From Selaginella moellendorffii (lineage: Eukaryota; Plantae; Lycopodiophyta): a stretch of 64,000 nucleotides of DNA. Below, in pieces: positions 50,202 through 64,000 of this stretch; position 1 is the stretch's first letter, and each line of letters opens with the position of its first letter. A model generated the notes under the pieces. It ran no database searches, was not told the origin of the DNA, and saw only the letters and a program-made list of their open reading frames with translations. The position numbers were made by a program, and so were the translations under genes. The DNA lies in the NCBI RefSeq assembly GCF_000143415.4, contig NW_003314318.1:1-64000 (forward strand). The letters are read 5' to 3'.

Positions 50202-51263
50202 CCATGGACGTTGTTCGTCGAGGAGCGATTACGTCGCCTTGGTGGCCACTGAAAGTCGTGGAGGAAGAAAGCTTTTTTACGCGGGTTTCGTACGGGGTGA
50301 AAGATCCTTAAATCTTTCTCTTTGATTGACAGGGAAAGCTTGGGGGTCACTAAATTTTTTTCTTCTTCTCACCAAGGTTGGATGGAAGCATTATTTTCTT
50401 GCGAGCGTTCCGAGTAAGACATTGATGGTATCTGTTGTGATGATCCAGAGACAAGGGCATGTTAAACAGGGACCACTACAAGGGATGTTTCAAATAGCCA
50501 TGTCCGTACGTACGGACGCGAAGGGGAAAATATCAGCTCTCGGGGTGAAAAAACGTTTCTTTTACCCGCCAGGTGAAACAGATTTTTGTGGATAAGGAGC
50601 GCTGCGATGCTCACACGTGTTCCGTTTTACCAAAGCCTATCACCGTATTTAATGCGGTAGAGCACAGCCGGCCGTCAGATCTGACATCCGACGGCATCAA
50701 GTGCTGCACGTGGCCTGGCGTCGACGTACACGGGTCCGACGTGGCGGAATCTGGCGTGTCACGCTTATCAATCTAACGCTCAGGATTGACCACCGGACAG
50801 TGAAGGGCAGGGCCGTAGGAGAGGTAAATTTGTGCCATATGGCGCCGGCCATGTTGTGTGTGCGTATGTGCTCTCATCTGGTGCTCAAAGCAATGTGTCC
50901 ATGGCACATATCTTTCGAGGGTTTTGTTCTTCCGTGAGAGAGGGATTTTGGGGGCGCTGCCGCCGATCGTCACTGGCGCGCGCCACGGCGTGATTGATCT
51001 GCTAGCCTAATCTTTGCTGCTGCTGCTCGTGCTGGCTGCCGCTGCCGGAAATCTCAGATTCCTCGCTCCAATTTTTTCTCTCCTGGTGTTGCTTGGATTG
51101 CCTGCCCTCTTTTGCGGCTAATGCTGCTTGCCGGATTGTCCGCGTAGCGGTATCGTGATCTATTCCTCTCCCTCCGCAATCCTTAGGTCTTTGGCGGAGC
51201 AAGAAATTCCGAGAATGCTGCATTAATTTCCCGGCTCGGCTGTGCGCGATATCTGGAGCCGAG

Positions 51264-54139
51264 ATGGCTTCTGTGAAGAAGCTGATCAACGACGCCAATG
51301 GTAAGTCGAGCGAGAGAAAAAGGAAAAGGAAGAGCCCAATGGGGTGAATTGAGTGTGACACAGATGTGGTGACCGAATGCATCGAGGGATTGGTAGAAAC
51401 TTACCCAGGTCTCCAGTACCTTGACGGCTTTCCAGAGGTGACTTTTATTCCATATCCATTGAGCTTCTTGGATGATCGTCTCCTTTTCACTTGTGATAGG
51501 TGAAAGTGGTCATCCGAGCTGATGTTTCGAGGGGCACCTATGACAAAGTCGCGTTGCTATCAGGTTCTTAAGCTTGCTGCGTGATTGCTGGGTGACTGAC
51601 TCGATAGTTTTTGATCGTCCCATCCAGGTGGTGGAAGCGGGCATGAGCCTGCTCATGCCGGATACGTTGGCCCTGGTATGCTAACAGCGGCTGTGTGTGG
51701 AGATGTCTTTGCCTCTCCATCAGTGAATGCCATACTTGCTGTGAGTGGAATTCAAGATGAGTTTGGTCCGTGTTCTTGAGGAATAACATGTTTCGTTTGC
51801 TGAGCTCAGGGAATAAGATCCGTGACTGGACCGAAAGGTTGTCTTCTTATAGTGAAGGTAGTAAAGTGTAGGTAATCTTGGACTGGATAAGCTCTTACAT
51901 TGTATTTCACTCCAGAATTATACCGGCGACCGGCTGAATTTTGGACTGGCAGCCGAGCAAGCTAAGGCAGAGGGATTCAAAGTGGAGGTAGCGAAATAGA
52001 TATGCTGGAAACATTGTGCTGACTTAAAGTTCTCTCAGATGGTAATTGTTGGAGACGACTGTGCCATACAAACTCCTCGTGGAGTTGCGGGACGCCGGGG
52101 GCTTGCTGGAACCATTTTTGTTCACAAGGTGATATCTAAACTTCCATCGCAATAACGTAAAACTGCTTGATTCTCTCAGGTCGCAGGTGCTGCTGCGGAT
52201 GCTGGCCTGAATTTGGATGAAGTAAAAGCCGAAGCCAAGCGAGTGGCCCAGCTTGTGGGAACCATGGGTGTTGCGCTGTCAGTGTGCACACTTCCGGGTC
52301 AGGGTCCGTCAGATCGTCTTGGTCCCGGTAAAATGGAGCTCGGACTCGGCATCGTAAGTACTCTATGTTTAGCACCCGGGGAAGAAAGCTGAATGTTTTC
52401 TGCTTTATATATAGCACGGAGAGCCTGGAGCCGCGATGGCTGATATACAGCCTGTGGATGTCGTGGTCTCACACGTTCTGAAGCGGATTCTTAGCGCTGT
52501 AAGAACAACTGGTGATCACGTCTCGCAGAAACTAAGACCTGACTTTCTACGTTGTCCAGGAATGCATCCCGGTTAAGCGTGGAAGCAGGGTCGCGTTGAT
52601 GGTGAATGGGTACTTATCGTGATTAAGTTTTGGAATGCTGTTGAGACTGAGATATGTTTGCTGGAGCAGTCTTGGAGCGACTCCTTTGATGGAACTGATG
52701 ATTGCGGCAGGCAAGGCAGTCGCACAGCTCCAATTGGACTATGGTGTCGCTGTTGCTCGTGTCTATACTGGCTGCTTCATGACAGCGCTTGACATGGCGG
52801 GTATTCTTCTTTTCTTGAATAGCGGTTCCAAGTTCAGAATCTAATTTCCTGCTTCAGGAATGTCAATATCCATCTTAAAGGTGGATGATACGATTCTACC
52901 AAGATTGGATGCTCCAACAAAGGCCCCCTCATGGCCTGTTGGTGTTTCTGGTGAGACCATATCGCACCCTGCTGAAATCTCACTTTGCTTTTCATTTTCT
53001 TTTAGGACCACGACCTCCAACAACAATACCCGTCCCACTCCCTCCTGCTCCTGCAAACAATGAAACAGTAAGGAAAAACTCTATATCATGCACTGTCGCT
53101 CCTAATTTTTTCATACTTTGGTTTAGACAGCTTCACGACCACCAGAGCTTACTGGGCCTGGGAAATTGTTGGAAGCTGCTATCGAGGCTGGTGCTGAGGC
53201 AATCATAAAAATAAAGGACTCTTTGAATGACTGGGACAGCAAAGTAGGGGATGGAGACTGTGGCACAACGGTAAGCATTGGGATTCATAGCTATCTATCG
53301 TATAAACTTTGTTCGTGCTTGTAGATGTGGAAAGGAGCCAATGCCGTACTCGAAGATCTGCGGAAGTGGTACGTCAGAACGCACGATGTCCTTGTCTTGT
53401 TGCTGATCCCTTTGTGCTTGCAGCTACCCCCTCAATGATACCGCTGCTACAATCAATGAGCTAGGCGGGACTATAAGGAGAGTGATGGGTGGCACTAGCG
53501 GTGTTCTGTGAGTTCTAAAATTACATGGAATCTATCACGTCTCATGCCTATTGTTGCAGGTATGACATATTCTCCAAGGCAGCGTATGTAAAGTTGAAGG
53601 ACAACGCAGACCAGCCATTGACTGCCAAATGCTGTGAGTTTCTTCTCGCTGATGTATGTGTTTACTCAAATGCAAACACGCTTTCGTTGTTTCAGGGAGC
53701 GATGCTCTTGATGCTGCCGTTACCGCTGTGAGTACGTACGGCGGAGCTTCGGCAGGACACAGAACAATGCTTGATGCATTGCTGCCTGCAGCAGCAGTTC
53801 TAAGAGAGGTTTGCAAAGTTATGCGTTTTACTGGCAGCTTGCGAAACAAACTCGTTTGCGCAGAAAGTGGATGCTGGAGAAGATCCCGTGAAAGCATTCG
53901 TGGCTGCGGCCGAGGCAGCTCAAGCTGGAGCTGAGTCTACGAAAGACATGCAAGCCCAGGTGAAGTTTCTCCTATGAAAGGAGATACTAACTTAGCTACT
54001 TGGCTGGCAGGCTGGGAGATCGAGCTATATCTCCCCCGATCTCCTCACGGCGGTGCCGGATCCGGGAGCGATGGCGGTGGCTGCGTGGTTTGGAGCAGCA
54101 GCGGACGCAGTGTCTCTCAACGCTGCGGTTGCGACGTAA
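51264..54139 (+). CDS. Dihydroxyacetone kinase / triokinase (Dak1-Dak2), multi-exon
   Basis: MASVKKLIN.., [71 protein letters not shown]. Confidence 0.95.
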
Positions 54140-54379
54140 TTTTGTAAGCGAAGAAGCGCATTTGAGTTTTTGCAGTTGCTACTTCCGGCTAATGTAGGTG
54201 AGCTCAAGATCATCGCAGCTCGATCGAAAGAAAAAAAAAGAAAAGAACCATAGACAAAAGAGACAAGGTGATACAACAACGATCTATATTAGCGTTATAA
54301 AGGAAAGAAATAAAACTTGAGATAGTATGAAATCTTCTTCGAGCGAGAACTAGGAGAACTAGGCATAGGTTTCTCTTCA

Positions 54380-56168
54380 ATGCTGCTCGCTGCCACTCGG
54401 TTTGATGGTCACTCGCTCTTGGGTTTGGAGGATTCTAGCTATGGAGCTTCGATTCGTCACAGAAAGGCGCGGGGGATTAGAATTGTGGCCGCTTGCACGC
54501 CTCCTTACAAAGTTCTTATCACTGGCGCTAGCAAAGGTATAGAAAGTTCTTATCCATCGGAAAAAGAGATGATTTCTCGAGTGTTTGTGATTGAAGGGAT
54601 TGGAATGGCGCTGGCGGAGGAGTTTCTTAGATCCGGAGACAATGTGATGATCTGCTCGAGACGAGGTAAAGTCTGTTCTAGCAAGATTGTAAGTTACTAT
54701 ACTCCATGTCTAGAGGAACACGTAAATGCGGCTCTACAAAGCTTGAGCAGCGAATTTGGCAGCCAGCGCTCTTGGGTAGAATCAAAACTCAACGTTGGAG
54801 GTTCTTGCTTGTTTATCTCGATTGACTTGCGAAAGTTTTTTTTTATTCTTCTTCTTTGCTTGCTTACGAGGGATGGAGATTTTGCACAGGGAAAAGCGTG
54901 CGATGTGAGGGACCCCAAGAGCATCCGGGAGATGGTAGAGTTTGCGAGGGACACGTTTGGAAAAGTCGACATTTGGGTGAGAAAGTCAAGCTCAAGTTTC
55001 TAGGATCACATTTTTACTCCTCATGAAATTGGAATTTGTATAGTCTAGAGATTCTAACTTTGTTTCGTCAGATCAACAACGCTGGCTCCAATGGCTACAC
55101 GTATAAGCCACTCGTTGAAACCAGCGACGAGGTGATCATGTGAGCTTCTCCTTTTTCTTTCTTCTTCTTCTTTTGCTTTTCACTTTCTTCTGGAATCTAA
55201 TCCGAGCATGCAAGGGAGATCGTCGAGACGAATCTGATCGGTGTCATGCTGTGCTGCCGAGAGGTGTGTTTTGATCAATCCACGCAACTTCGTCATTCGC
55301 TGTTTGATTTTTTTCCGCTGGAAAAGCTTGCTCCAGGCAATCAAGCTGATGAGAGACCAAGGATCGGAGGGACATATTTTCAACATGGATGGTGCTGGTG
55401 CTGATGGACGTCCCACGCCAAGGTTTTAAAAAATTTCATGCTTCTTTTCCTCTATACTCTTTACAAGAATTAAAAGCACGAGTCATTGTTTTACAGATTT
55501 GCAGCATACGGAGCAACCAAACGCAGCATCACGCAATTCACAAAGACTTTACAGGCACCAAAGTCTTAGAATTTTTTTTAAAAAAATATTAAAAAATTGA
55601 ATTTTTGGATTTCAGGCAGAACTCTCCATGCAAGGCGTGAAGAACGTCTTCGTGCACAATCTCTCGGTATTAAATCTCTCGTTTTGTTTCTATTCCTTAT
55701 AGTTTTTCTTTATCGTTTTTCCCTCGATATTTCAGCCAGGCATGGTGACAACCGATCTCCTAATGTCGGGAACTGACACAAAACAGGTTTTTGGGTTCTT
55801 CCCTCTTTTCTTCCAAAGATTTTTCTATGCTTTTGTCTCGCAGGCCAAATTCTTTATCAACGCGCTGGCAGAACCTCCCGCAGTGGTAAGCAACATGAGA
55901 ACGTGTGAAACTATTTCTAACTTCCAAGTATTTCAAGGCTGCCGCGTTCTTAGTTCCTCGAATCCGGAGCGTCGTCGCCGAGAAGAATCCAAAGAGCACG
56001 TACATTCGATTTCTCACGGGCGTCAAGGCCTACTCTCAAATTCTCAAAGTAAGATCGACCCACCCTTCTCCCATATTCGCTAAGAATTTTGGTAAGAAAT
56101 CGATGCTTTTCTCGCAGAGGATTCTCTTCAAATCAAGGAAAGATCGCTTCGTCCGGGAAGAAGACTAG
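54380..56168 (+). CDS. NOL: Chlorophyll(ide) b reductase NOL (short-chain dehydrogenase), multi-exon
   Basis: PPYKVLITGASKGIG, INNAGSN.Y.YKPL, HIFNMDGAGADGRPTPRFAAYGATKRS, LSPGMVTTDLLMSG, AKFFINALAEP. Confidence 0.92.
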
Positions 56169-56522
56169 CGAAGATTCCATTTTCAAAAGTGGAATATCCT
56201 GGCGCGCTTTTCCAGCCGTCCGACCGGGCCACGTGTCGGCATTTTGACCGGCGACGTGCCGGAGCTCGGTGCTTCGTTTTCTAGGGCTCTTGCAGCGCGC
56301 GGGGGAAATGGAGGCTTTTTGGATTCTTGCTGTGGGAAATCCAAACCAAGATCGCGCGCTTTCGTGATCTCCAAGCTCCAGGGCCTTGGTGGCAGGAATT
56401 CTGGATTCGCTTGCGGGCGAAGGCGGCCAGGGATCGCTCTGGTTCCTTCGTCGGCACGGATGTAGCGGAGCTGGAAGGGATTTCGTGCATGTCAAGGCTA
56501 GGGATCCAAGATTTCCTCTCCG

Positions 56523-58159
56523 ATGGCGCAGGCCGACGGCAATCTTGCCGCTCCGCTCGTTCTCTGCGATCAGGTAAGCCAGGAATCACCCGGGGATCGA
56601 AGCTCCGAGGCGAATCGGTCGTCTTCTCCCGGTGATTATCGGCAGAGGTTCCCCAATTCCGATGAGGAGATACAGCAATTCAAGGCGAGCTTGTTCTGGC
56701 TGGGACTGGATCAATCCACGGCTCCGCGGATGATCTGCTCCTGGGTTCTCTTCTTCCTCATGACACTGCTCGTGCCGCTGCTCAATGCGCTTCTGGTTTA
56801 TTGCCGCCACTGTGACGAAGACCACAAGCACCCGTATCAGGGAATAGTGGAGATTTCGGAATCAGCGCTCGCGATGGTCTCGTTCCTTTGCGTGTCTCAC
56901 ATCTTCTCGGTTTATGGGCTTCACAAGCTTCTTCTCTTCGACTATATCGCGAGAGACTCCACCGAAGTACAAGTGGGCTACAAAAAAGAGCTCCATGTAA
57001 GTTCGTGAAGTTCTTTCTTTCTTTTTTGCGCTTTCAATGGTGATGCTGACAAGGAGCCTTTTCTTTCTTTCTTTTTTTTTTTTTGATACTTTTCTTCGCA
57101 GAGCGCCTTTCGTGTTCTAGCAATGATCCTCTTCCCGAGTTTTCTAGTGGCACTCGTCCACAAACTTTGGTGGTTTTATTACGTGTCGGTGAACCTTCCA
57201 CGGGTCTCCGAGAGCTCGCTGATAAATGCGGTAATGTGCGTATCAGTGATGGCAGCATGGCTCTACAAGACAACGATCTTTCTTTTCGTCTGCGTCCTGT
57301 TCCGGTTACTATGCTCGCTCCAGATCCTTCGCCTCCAGAGCTACAACAAGCTTCTTGAGGAGACGCCGGACGTCTCCGTTATTCTTTCGGAACACATGAG
57401 AATTCGAGACCAGCTCCTTATAATCAGCCATCGGTTCCGGGTTTTCATGGTATCCTCTTTACTGACCATCACTTTCAGCCAATTCGTTTCGCTATTTATG
57501 CTCACCACCTCTCGCGGTTCTGTTAATTTCTTCAGAGCTGGCGACTTAGCGGTAAACTTTTCTCATTTTCTTGTTTTTTTTTTCTGTTGAAGCAAGCAGT
57601 GCTAACTTCCTGTCTCAAACTCTTTGGCAGGTTTGCTCAGCAGTACAGCTTACTGGATTTGTTGTCTGCCTGAATGGAGCCGCAAGGATAACTCACAGAG
57701 CTCAGAGGATAGTTGCTATAGTCAGTCAGTGGCACGCAGTAGCAACTTGCGGAACGTACGCAGTGGCCATGCCTTCGTGCGACGCGGACAAGGCCACCGA
57801 GCCAGTTGCGAGTGCAGTGGTCGGGCCTGCGCATCCCTTTCTCGCGCGCCTGGAGGCAACGATAGATATATGTTCTACGCCCAAGGAACCATCAAAGTAT
57901 GATATTGACTCGTTCCAGAAGCGTCAGGCACTAGGTGACAACGCTTTCCATTCTAGTGCTGGATTTTGGTTTCTTTGATTCATGCGTGCCTTTGAGCTGA
58001 TGCTGGCTTTATGTTGATGCAGTAACGTACCTCCAACATTGCAATGCGGGAATCTCTCTTTATGGATTCGTCCTGGATCGAGGATTCCTGTATGCGATAT
58101 TTGGATTTGAGCTGTCACTCGTACTGTTCATACTAGGCAACACGATGGGGTTCCACTAA
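56523..58159 (+). CDS. Plant multi-pass membrane protein (DUF3537-like), 4 exons
   Basis: LDQS..SW, VLFRLLCSLQILRL, EHMRIRDQL.IISHRFR, AARITHRAQ, FQKRQAL, YGFVLDR motifs. Confidence 0.82.
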
Positions 58160-58269
58160 AGCGACCCATGTACAGCCGTATATACTATAATCTTCCTGAC
58201 AAAAGCTCAGGAGGTACGCAGAGAGAGCGAATACTTCACAGTTTTATTGACTTTGGTACAGGATTTCGT

Positions 58270-58647
58270 CTAGAAGCTGTAGTTCTCGAAACGCAAGTAG
58301 CAATCATCAGTGCAGAGGCGAGCACCCACAGCCTGAGGAACGGCGTTTTTTATGGTGTTTCTGGCCTCAACGAGACAGTTACCGCAGTTGCCATAGCACT
58401 CCGCACGACCGTAAGCGATGTATGGAGCGTCTCCAACGCTGGTGTAGATGAAAGAGTCGCTGCCCGTGTCTTTGAGGATGTCGAGGAGACGATTCTGATT
58501 GGTGGCGTATGGGGTGGAGAAGTCGATCTCTCCGCTGTAGTAGACAACGTTCCTGTCCTCGGTGCAGTGACTCAGCTCTTGGCCTGCAACCATGGAAACC
58601 AGCAGAGCAAGAGCCAACAGACAAGCCAGCGATGTCGAAGAAGCCAT
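58270..58647 (-). CDS. Small secreted Gnk2/DUF26-like protein
   Basis: Signal peptide; Y..N.N.LL, AYG.AEC, C..CL..A, AVGARL...C.LR.ENY.F. Confidence 0.85.
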   Translation of the reverse strand: MASSTSLACLLALALLVSMVAGQELSHCTEDRNVVYYSGEIDFSTPYATNQNRLLDILKDTGSDSFIYTSVGDAPYIAYGRAECYGNCGNCLVEARNTIKNAVPQAVGARLCTDDCYLRFENYSF

Positions 58648-59213
58648 CGAGAACAAGAGATGAGCTAAGACCAACTTGGATGAAACAATATCCTTCAATG
58701 GTTTCGGCAGAGCCTTGAGGCCCCTATTTGTACTCGAGGAACTTCTTGCGTGGTGGCTGATTCTCTTACGGCACAACTTTGGAGAAGATTTCTTAGGCAC
58801 GCGGTAAGACATTGTCATCCAGTGACTTGGCATTACTATCTAATTTTGAAACTGTCTGTTATGCTTCAGCTGGCGTAGATGACGTTGGGAGGAGATCAAC
58901 AGTGTCCCCTTGACCAGGTTGGTTTGAAGACCGGATCTAATTTGCTATTATTTTGAGTTGAATCACGAGGTTGTTCTATACTTTCATTGAATGTTGGTAT
59001 TAACTTCTTCCATTGCAGGCTTTCGTTTAGAAACTGGAAACCAGATACAACGTCGGACTTCTATCACGTCCCAGTCAGTGGAAGCTGAACAATACACAGG
59101 CATGTCCGACGATCATATCCTACCCATGCGAGCTCTCGAGGTACTTGCAAACAGAGGCTCTGTTATTCTCCGCTAGAGTGTCTATAACTTCTTACCGTGC
59201 TGCAGGCTTGCGA

Positions 59214-59597
59214 CTAGTTGAAAAAGCTGTAATTCTCGATGCGCAAGTAGCAGGCATCAGTGCAGAGGCTAGCACCCACGGCCCGTGGAGATGTGTTCTT
59301 GATGGTGTTCCTGGCCTCAACGAGACAATTACCGCAGTCGCCATAGCACTCGGCAAGACCGTAAGCAACGTATGGAGCGTCTCCAACGCTGGTGTAGTTG
59401 GAAGAGTCGCTGCCCGTGTCTTTGAGGATGTCGAGGAGACGGTTCTGATTGGTGGCGTATGGGGTGGAGAAGTCGATCTCCTCGCTCGAGAAGACACCGT
59501 CCCTCTCCTCCCTGCAGTGGCTCAGCTGCTGGGTGGCAGCCATGGAAACCAGAGACGCAACAGCGAGCACACAGGCCAACGAAGTTGAAGAAGACAT
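59214..59597 (-). CDS. Small secreted Gnk2/DUF26-like protein, tandem paralog
   Basis: Closely similar to 58270..58647 with the same motifs. Confidence 0.85.
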   Translation of the reverse strand: MSSSTSLACVLAVASLVSMAATQQLSHCREERDGVFSSEEIDFSTPYATNQNRLLDILKDTGSDSSNYTSVGDAPYVAYGLAECYGDCGNCLVEARNTIKNTSPRAVGASLCTDACYLRIENYSFFN

Positions 59598-59777
59598 CCT
59601 GGGAGCTGAGATGAAAAGAAGCTTCACACTGGTACGCACAAACCTCGAGTTTCTTACTTATACTCGAAGCTGATCATCTTCTTTCTTGTAACGGCACCGA
59701 AGGAATTGAAGAAAATGGAGGAGACTTCTTGCATGGTATGCGGTAAGCTTCGCGTGACTGTGAGGAACTAAAGAATC

Positions 59778-61775
59778 TCAAAATGGTTTTGCTGGATTTT
59801 CACCCTCTATAGAAATAGGAGCAATAGTTTGAAGATTTGCAACGTTGGTATGTAAGTTGGAGAGGAGCACATACGGCGAAGACTCTACTCTCCCATACGC
59901 AAGAGAGTTTCGAGCCGCCCAGCAAGCACGCTCGACGTCTCCCTGGGTTTTGGAAGCTCCTAGAACGATGAGCCAGCCCTCCTCATCCGGTTGAAAAGGC
60001 ATGGCTTCCATCAGCTCCTCCGCCACTTCCAGTCTTCCACACCTTGCAACCAAGTCCACCATCACCTCGTACTGCTCTCCCGTGGGTTCCATCCCGTGAT
60101 CCTGCGTCATTGCCGCGAAGAACATCCATCCCCGAGATACCAGTCCGGCGTGGCTGCAGCAATTCAGCAAGTTCGTGAAGGCGACACCGTCGGGATCAAT
60201 GCCATGGTGCCTCATCAACCGGAACTTCTCCAGGCATTCTCCGTGAAAGCCGTGGTGGGCAAGAGCAACGACCATAGCAGTCCAGCCGACGACGTTCCTC
60301 TCGAGCATTCCATCGAAAACTTGGCGAGCTTCCATCAGGCTTCCGCACTTGGCATACATGTGGACGAGAGAGTTTCCCACGGGACCGTCCGGGTGGATCT
60401 TGAGCTGAGAGTGTATCGCTCTTCCTTCGTCCAGAGCACCGATGGCAGCACAGGCACCGAGGATCCTATTCAGTGTCACCGCGTCTGGAACCAAAGCACT
60501 CGTCTTCTCCATCTCCTGGAAGAGATCCAGCGCCTCTCTCTCCCGGCCAGCGCTTGCCAGTGCCAGGATCACCGAGTTCCAGCACTCGACCGTCCGGAAA
60601 CTCACTCGCTGGAACGCCGCCACCGCGTCGTCCACGGCACCACAGGCCGCGAAGAGACTCACGAGAGCGTTTCCAACGCCGGCATTCGCCACGTCCAGCC
60701 CGGTGGAAGCAATCCAGCAGCAAACTCTCCTCACATCGGGAAGTAGAAGCAGCAGGGATGGAGCGGCCAGTCTTCTCAAGGAGCTGAGAAAGGCCGTGAA
60801 GAACTTAGCTTGCGGTTTGACGCCCTCGAGGATCATCACTCTCAAAGCAGCGATCCCGGCTCCAGTGTCGCCGTACCGGAAGTAAGCTTCGATCATGGTG
60901 GCCCAGGCGATGGAATCCTTGCTGCTCATGCCATCAAACATGGACTTTGCATCGATCAAGCTCCCGCAGTTGGCGTACATCACCATCAACGCAGTCTCCA
61001 CAACCAAGTTCGTGGCTGCCGGAGAAGAAGAAGAAAGGATCCTGGCATGGATAGTGCGGCCTTGATCCAGAGCTTGGATCTTAGAACACGCCAGGAGAAG
61101 GCTGGAGAGGATAAAGTCGTCGGGTTCCAGACCTTCCAAGTTCATCCGGTGGAAGATCCCAATCGCCCGGGAGTAGCGCTCGTTGCGAACGTAGCCGGAG
61201 ATCATGGCAGCCCAGGAGACGAGCGTCTTCTCCTGGATCGAGGAGAAGATGGTGGCGGCGGTCTCCAAATCCCCACACTTGGCATACATGTCCACGAGCG
61301 CGGTGGAGGTGACAGCATCGAGGCAGTGCTGGTGTTGGATGATCCTGCGATGGATCTCTCGCCCCTGCGCTAGATCGCGAAGAACCGAGCAAGCCTTGAT
61401 GACGCTGGGATAGACGAAGGGATTGGGCGGAGAGACGTCCATGGCGGCGTACAGATGGAGGGCCTCTCTCTCGGCGCCGGATCGGACGAAGGCGGCGATG
61501 AGATTCATCCAGGAGTCGGCATCGGGGGCCCGGATATGATCGAAGACGAGCTGGGCTTCGCGAGGGCGGCGGCACTTGCCATACATTTGGATGAGGCGGT
61601 TCTGGAGATGGGTGCTGTGGGCGAGGCCGCTGTGGTGGATGTGAGCGTGGATGCGCTTGCCTTGGGAGAGATGGGCGGCATCGTTGCAAGACCTGAGCAG
61701 CGCCGCGAGCTCCTCCTCCTCGTCGCGCAAAAACCCTAGCGGAGGGCATCTGCGCGCCAAAATTTTCATATACAA
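59778..61775 (-). CDS. PLS-class (E-type) pentatricopeptide repeat protein, intronless
   Basis: 665-aa ORF with MYAKCG.L..A..VFD and GR.IH motifs; E-domain MPFQPD..W..LGA and SSPYVLLSN. Confidence 0.93.
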   Translation of the reverse strand: MYMKILARRCPPLGFLRDEEEELAALLRSCNDAAHLSQGKRIHAHIHHSGLAHSTHLQNRLIQMYGKCRRPREAQLVFDHIRAPDADSWMNLIAAFVRSGAEREALHLYAAMDVSPPNPFVYPSVIKACSVLRDLAQGREIHRRIIQHQHCLDAVTSTALVDMYAKCGDLETAATIFSSIQEKTLVSWAAMISGYVRNERYSRAIGIFHRMNLEGLEPDDFILSSLLLACSKIQALDQGRTIHARILSSSSPAATNLVVETALMVMYANCGSLIDAKSMFDGMSSKDSIAWATMIEAYFRYGDTGAGIAALRVMILEGVKPQAKFFTAFLSSLRRLAAPSLLLLLPDVRRVCCWIASTGLDVANAGVGNALVSLFAACGAVDDAVAAFQRVSFRTVECWNSVILALASAGREREALDLFQEMEKTSALVPDAVTLNRILGACAAIGALDEGRAIHSQLKIHPDGPVGNSLVHMYAKCGSLMEARQVFDGMLERNVVGWTAMVVALAHHGFHGECLEKFRLMRHHGIDPDGVAFTNLLNCCSHAGLVSRGWMFFAAMTQDHGMEPTGEQYEVMVDLVARCGRLEVAEELMEAMPFQPDEEGWLIVLGASKTQGDVERACWAARNSLAYGRVESSPYVLLSNLHTNVANLQTIAPISIEGENPAKPF

Positions 61776-61804
61776 ACCCTAACCCCTGTATAAACCCCAA
61801 TTAA

Positions 61805-61805
<1 letters not shown>

Positions 61806-61836
<31 letters not shown>
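61806..61836. repeat. (CT)n/(GA)n microsatellite between the hexokinase stop and PPR start
   Basis: Direct reading of the sequence. Confidence 0.9.
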
Positions 61837-61839
<3 letters not shown>

Positions 61840-61904
61840 CCACACACACAAACACACAAACACAAACACACAGACATTTTACAGAGAAACTCCATTCTAG
61901 TTTC

Positions 61905-63968
<2,064 letters not shown>

Positions 63969-64000
63969 TCGAGCTAGGCTAAGGTCGCAAATGCCCAGAT

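Overview
Eukaryotic plant genomic DNA. The roughly 50-65 nt introns, very short intergenic spacers and intronless PLS-E PPR genes suggest a lycophyte such as Selaginella (inference). The window has two halves. (1) About 1-41.3 kb is a repeat-rich accessory region built from a tandemly duplicated cassette: two near-complete copies (1-9144, 26614-41312) and one partial copy (9141-24929). Each complete copy holds a long inverted repeat with about 1.8-kb arms, a broken bHLH-MYC N-terminal gene, and an intact two-exon 580-aa gene with the layout header, basic NLS-like patch, PD-(D/E)xK-like domain, protein kinase, which resembles Crinkler/RHS-type effectors. Three LTR retroelements sit in this region: an apparently self-priming chromovirus (10242-23816), a young non-coding LARD-like element nested inside it (11111-18792), and a short-LTR Ty3/gypsy element with a 4-bp TSD and tRNA-Ala-type PBS (31151-36088). 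(2) About 42.5-64 kb is gene-dense: an unusually short ZYP1 transverse filament gene, an orphan Zn-ribbon protein, two PPR genes, p24, dihydroxyacetone kinase, NOL, a DUF3537-like membrane protein, two small secreted Gnk2/DUF26-like proteins with a shortened cysteine motif, and hexokinase. All comparisons and counts were made by eye.
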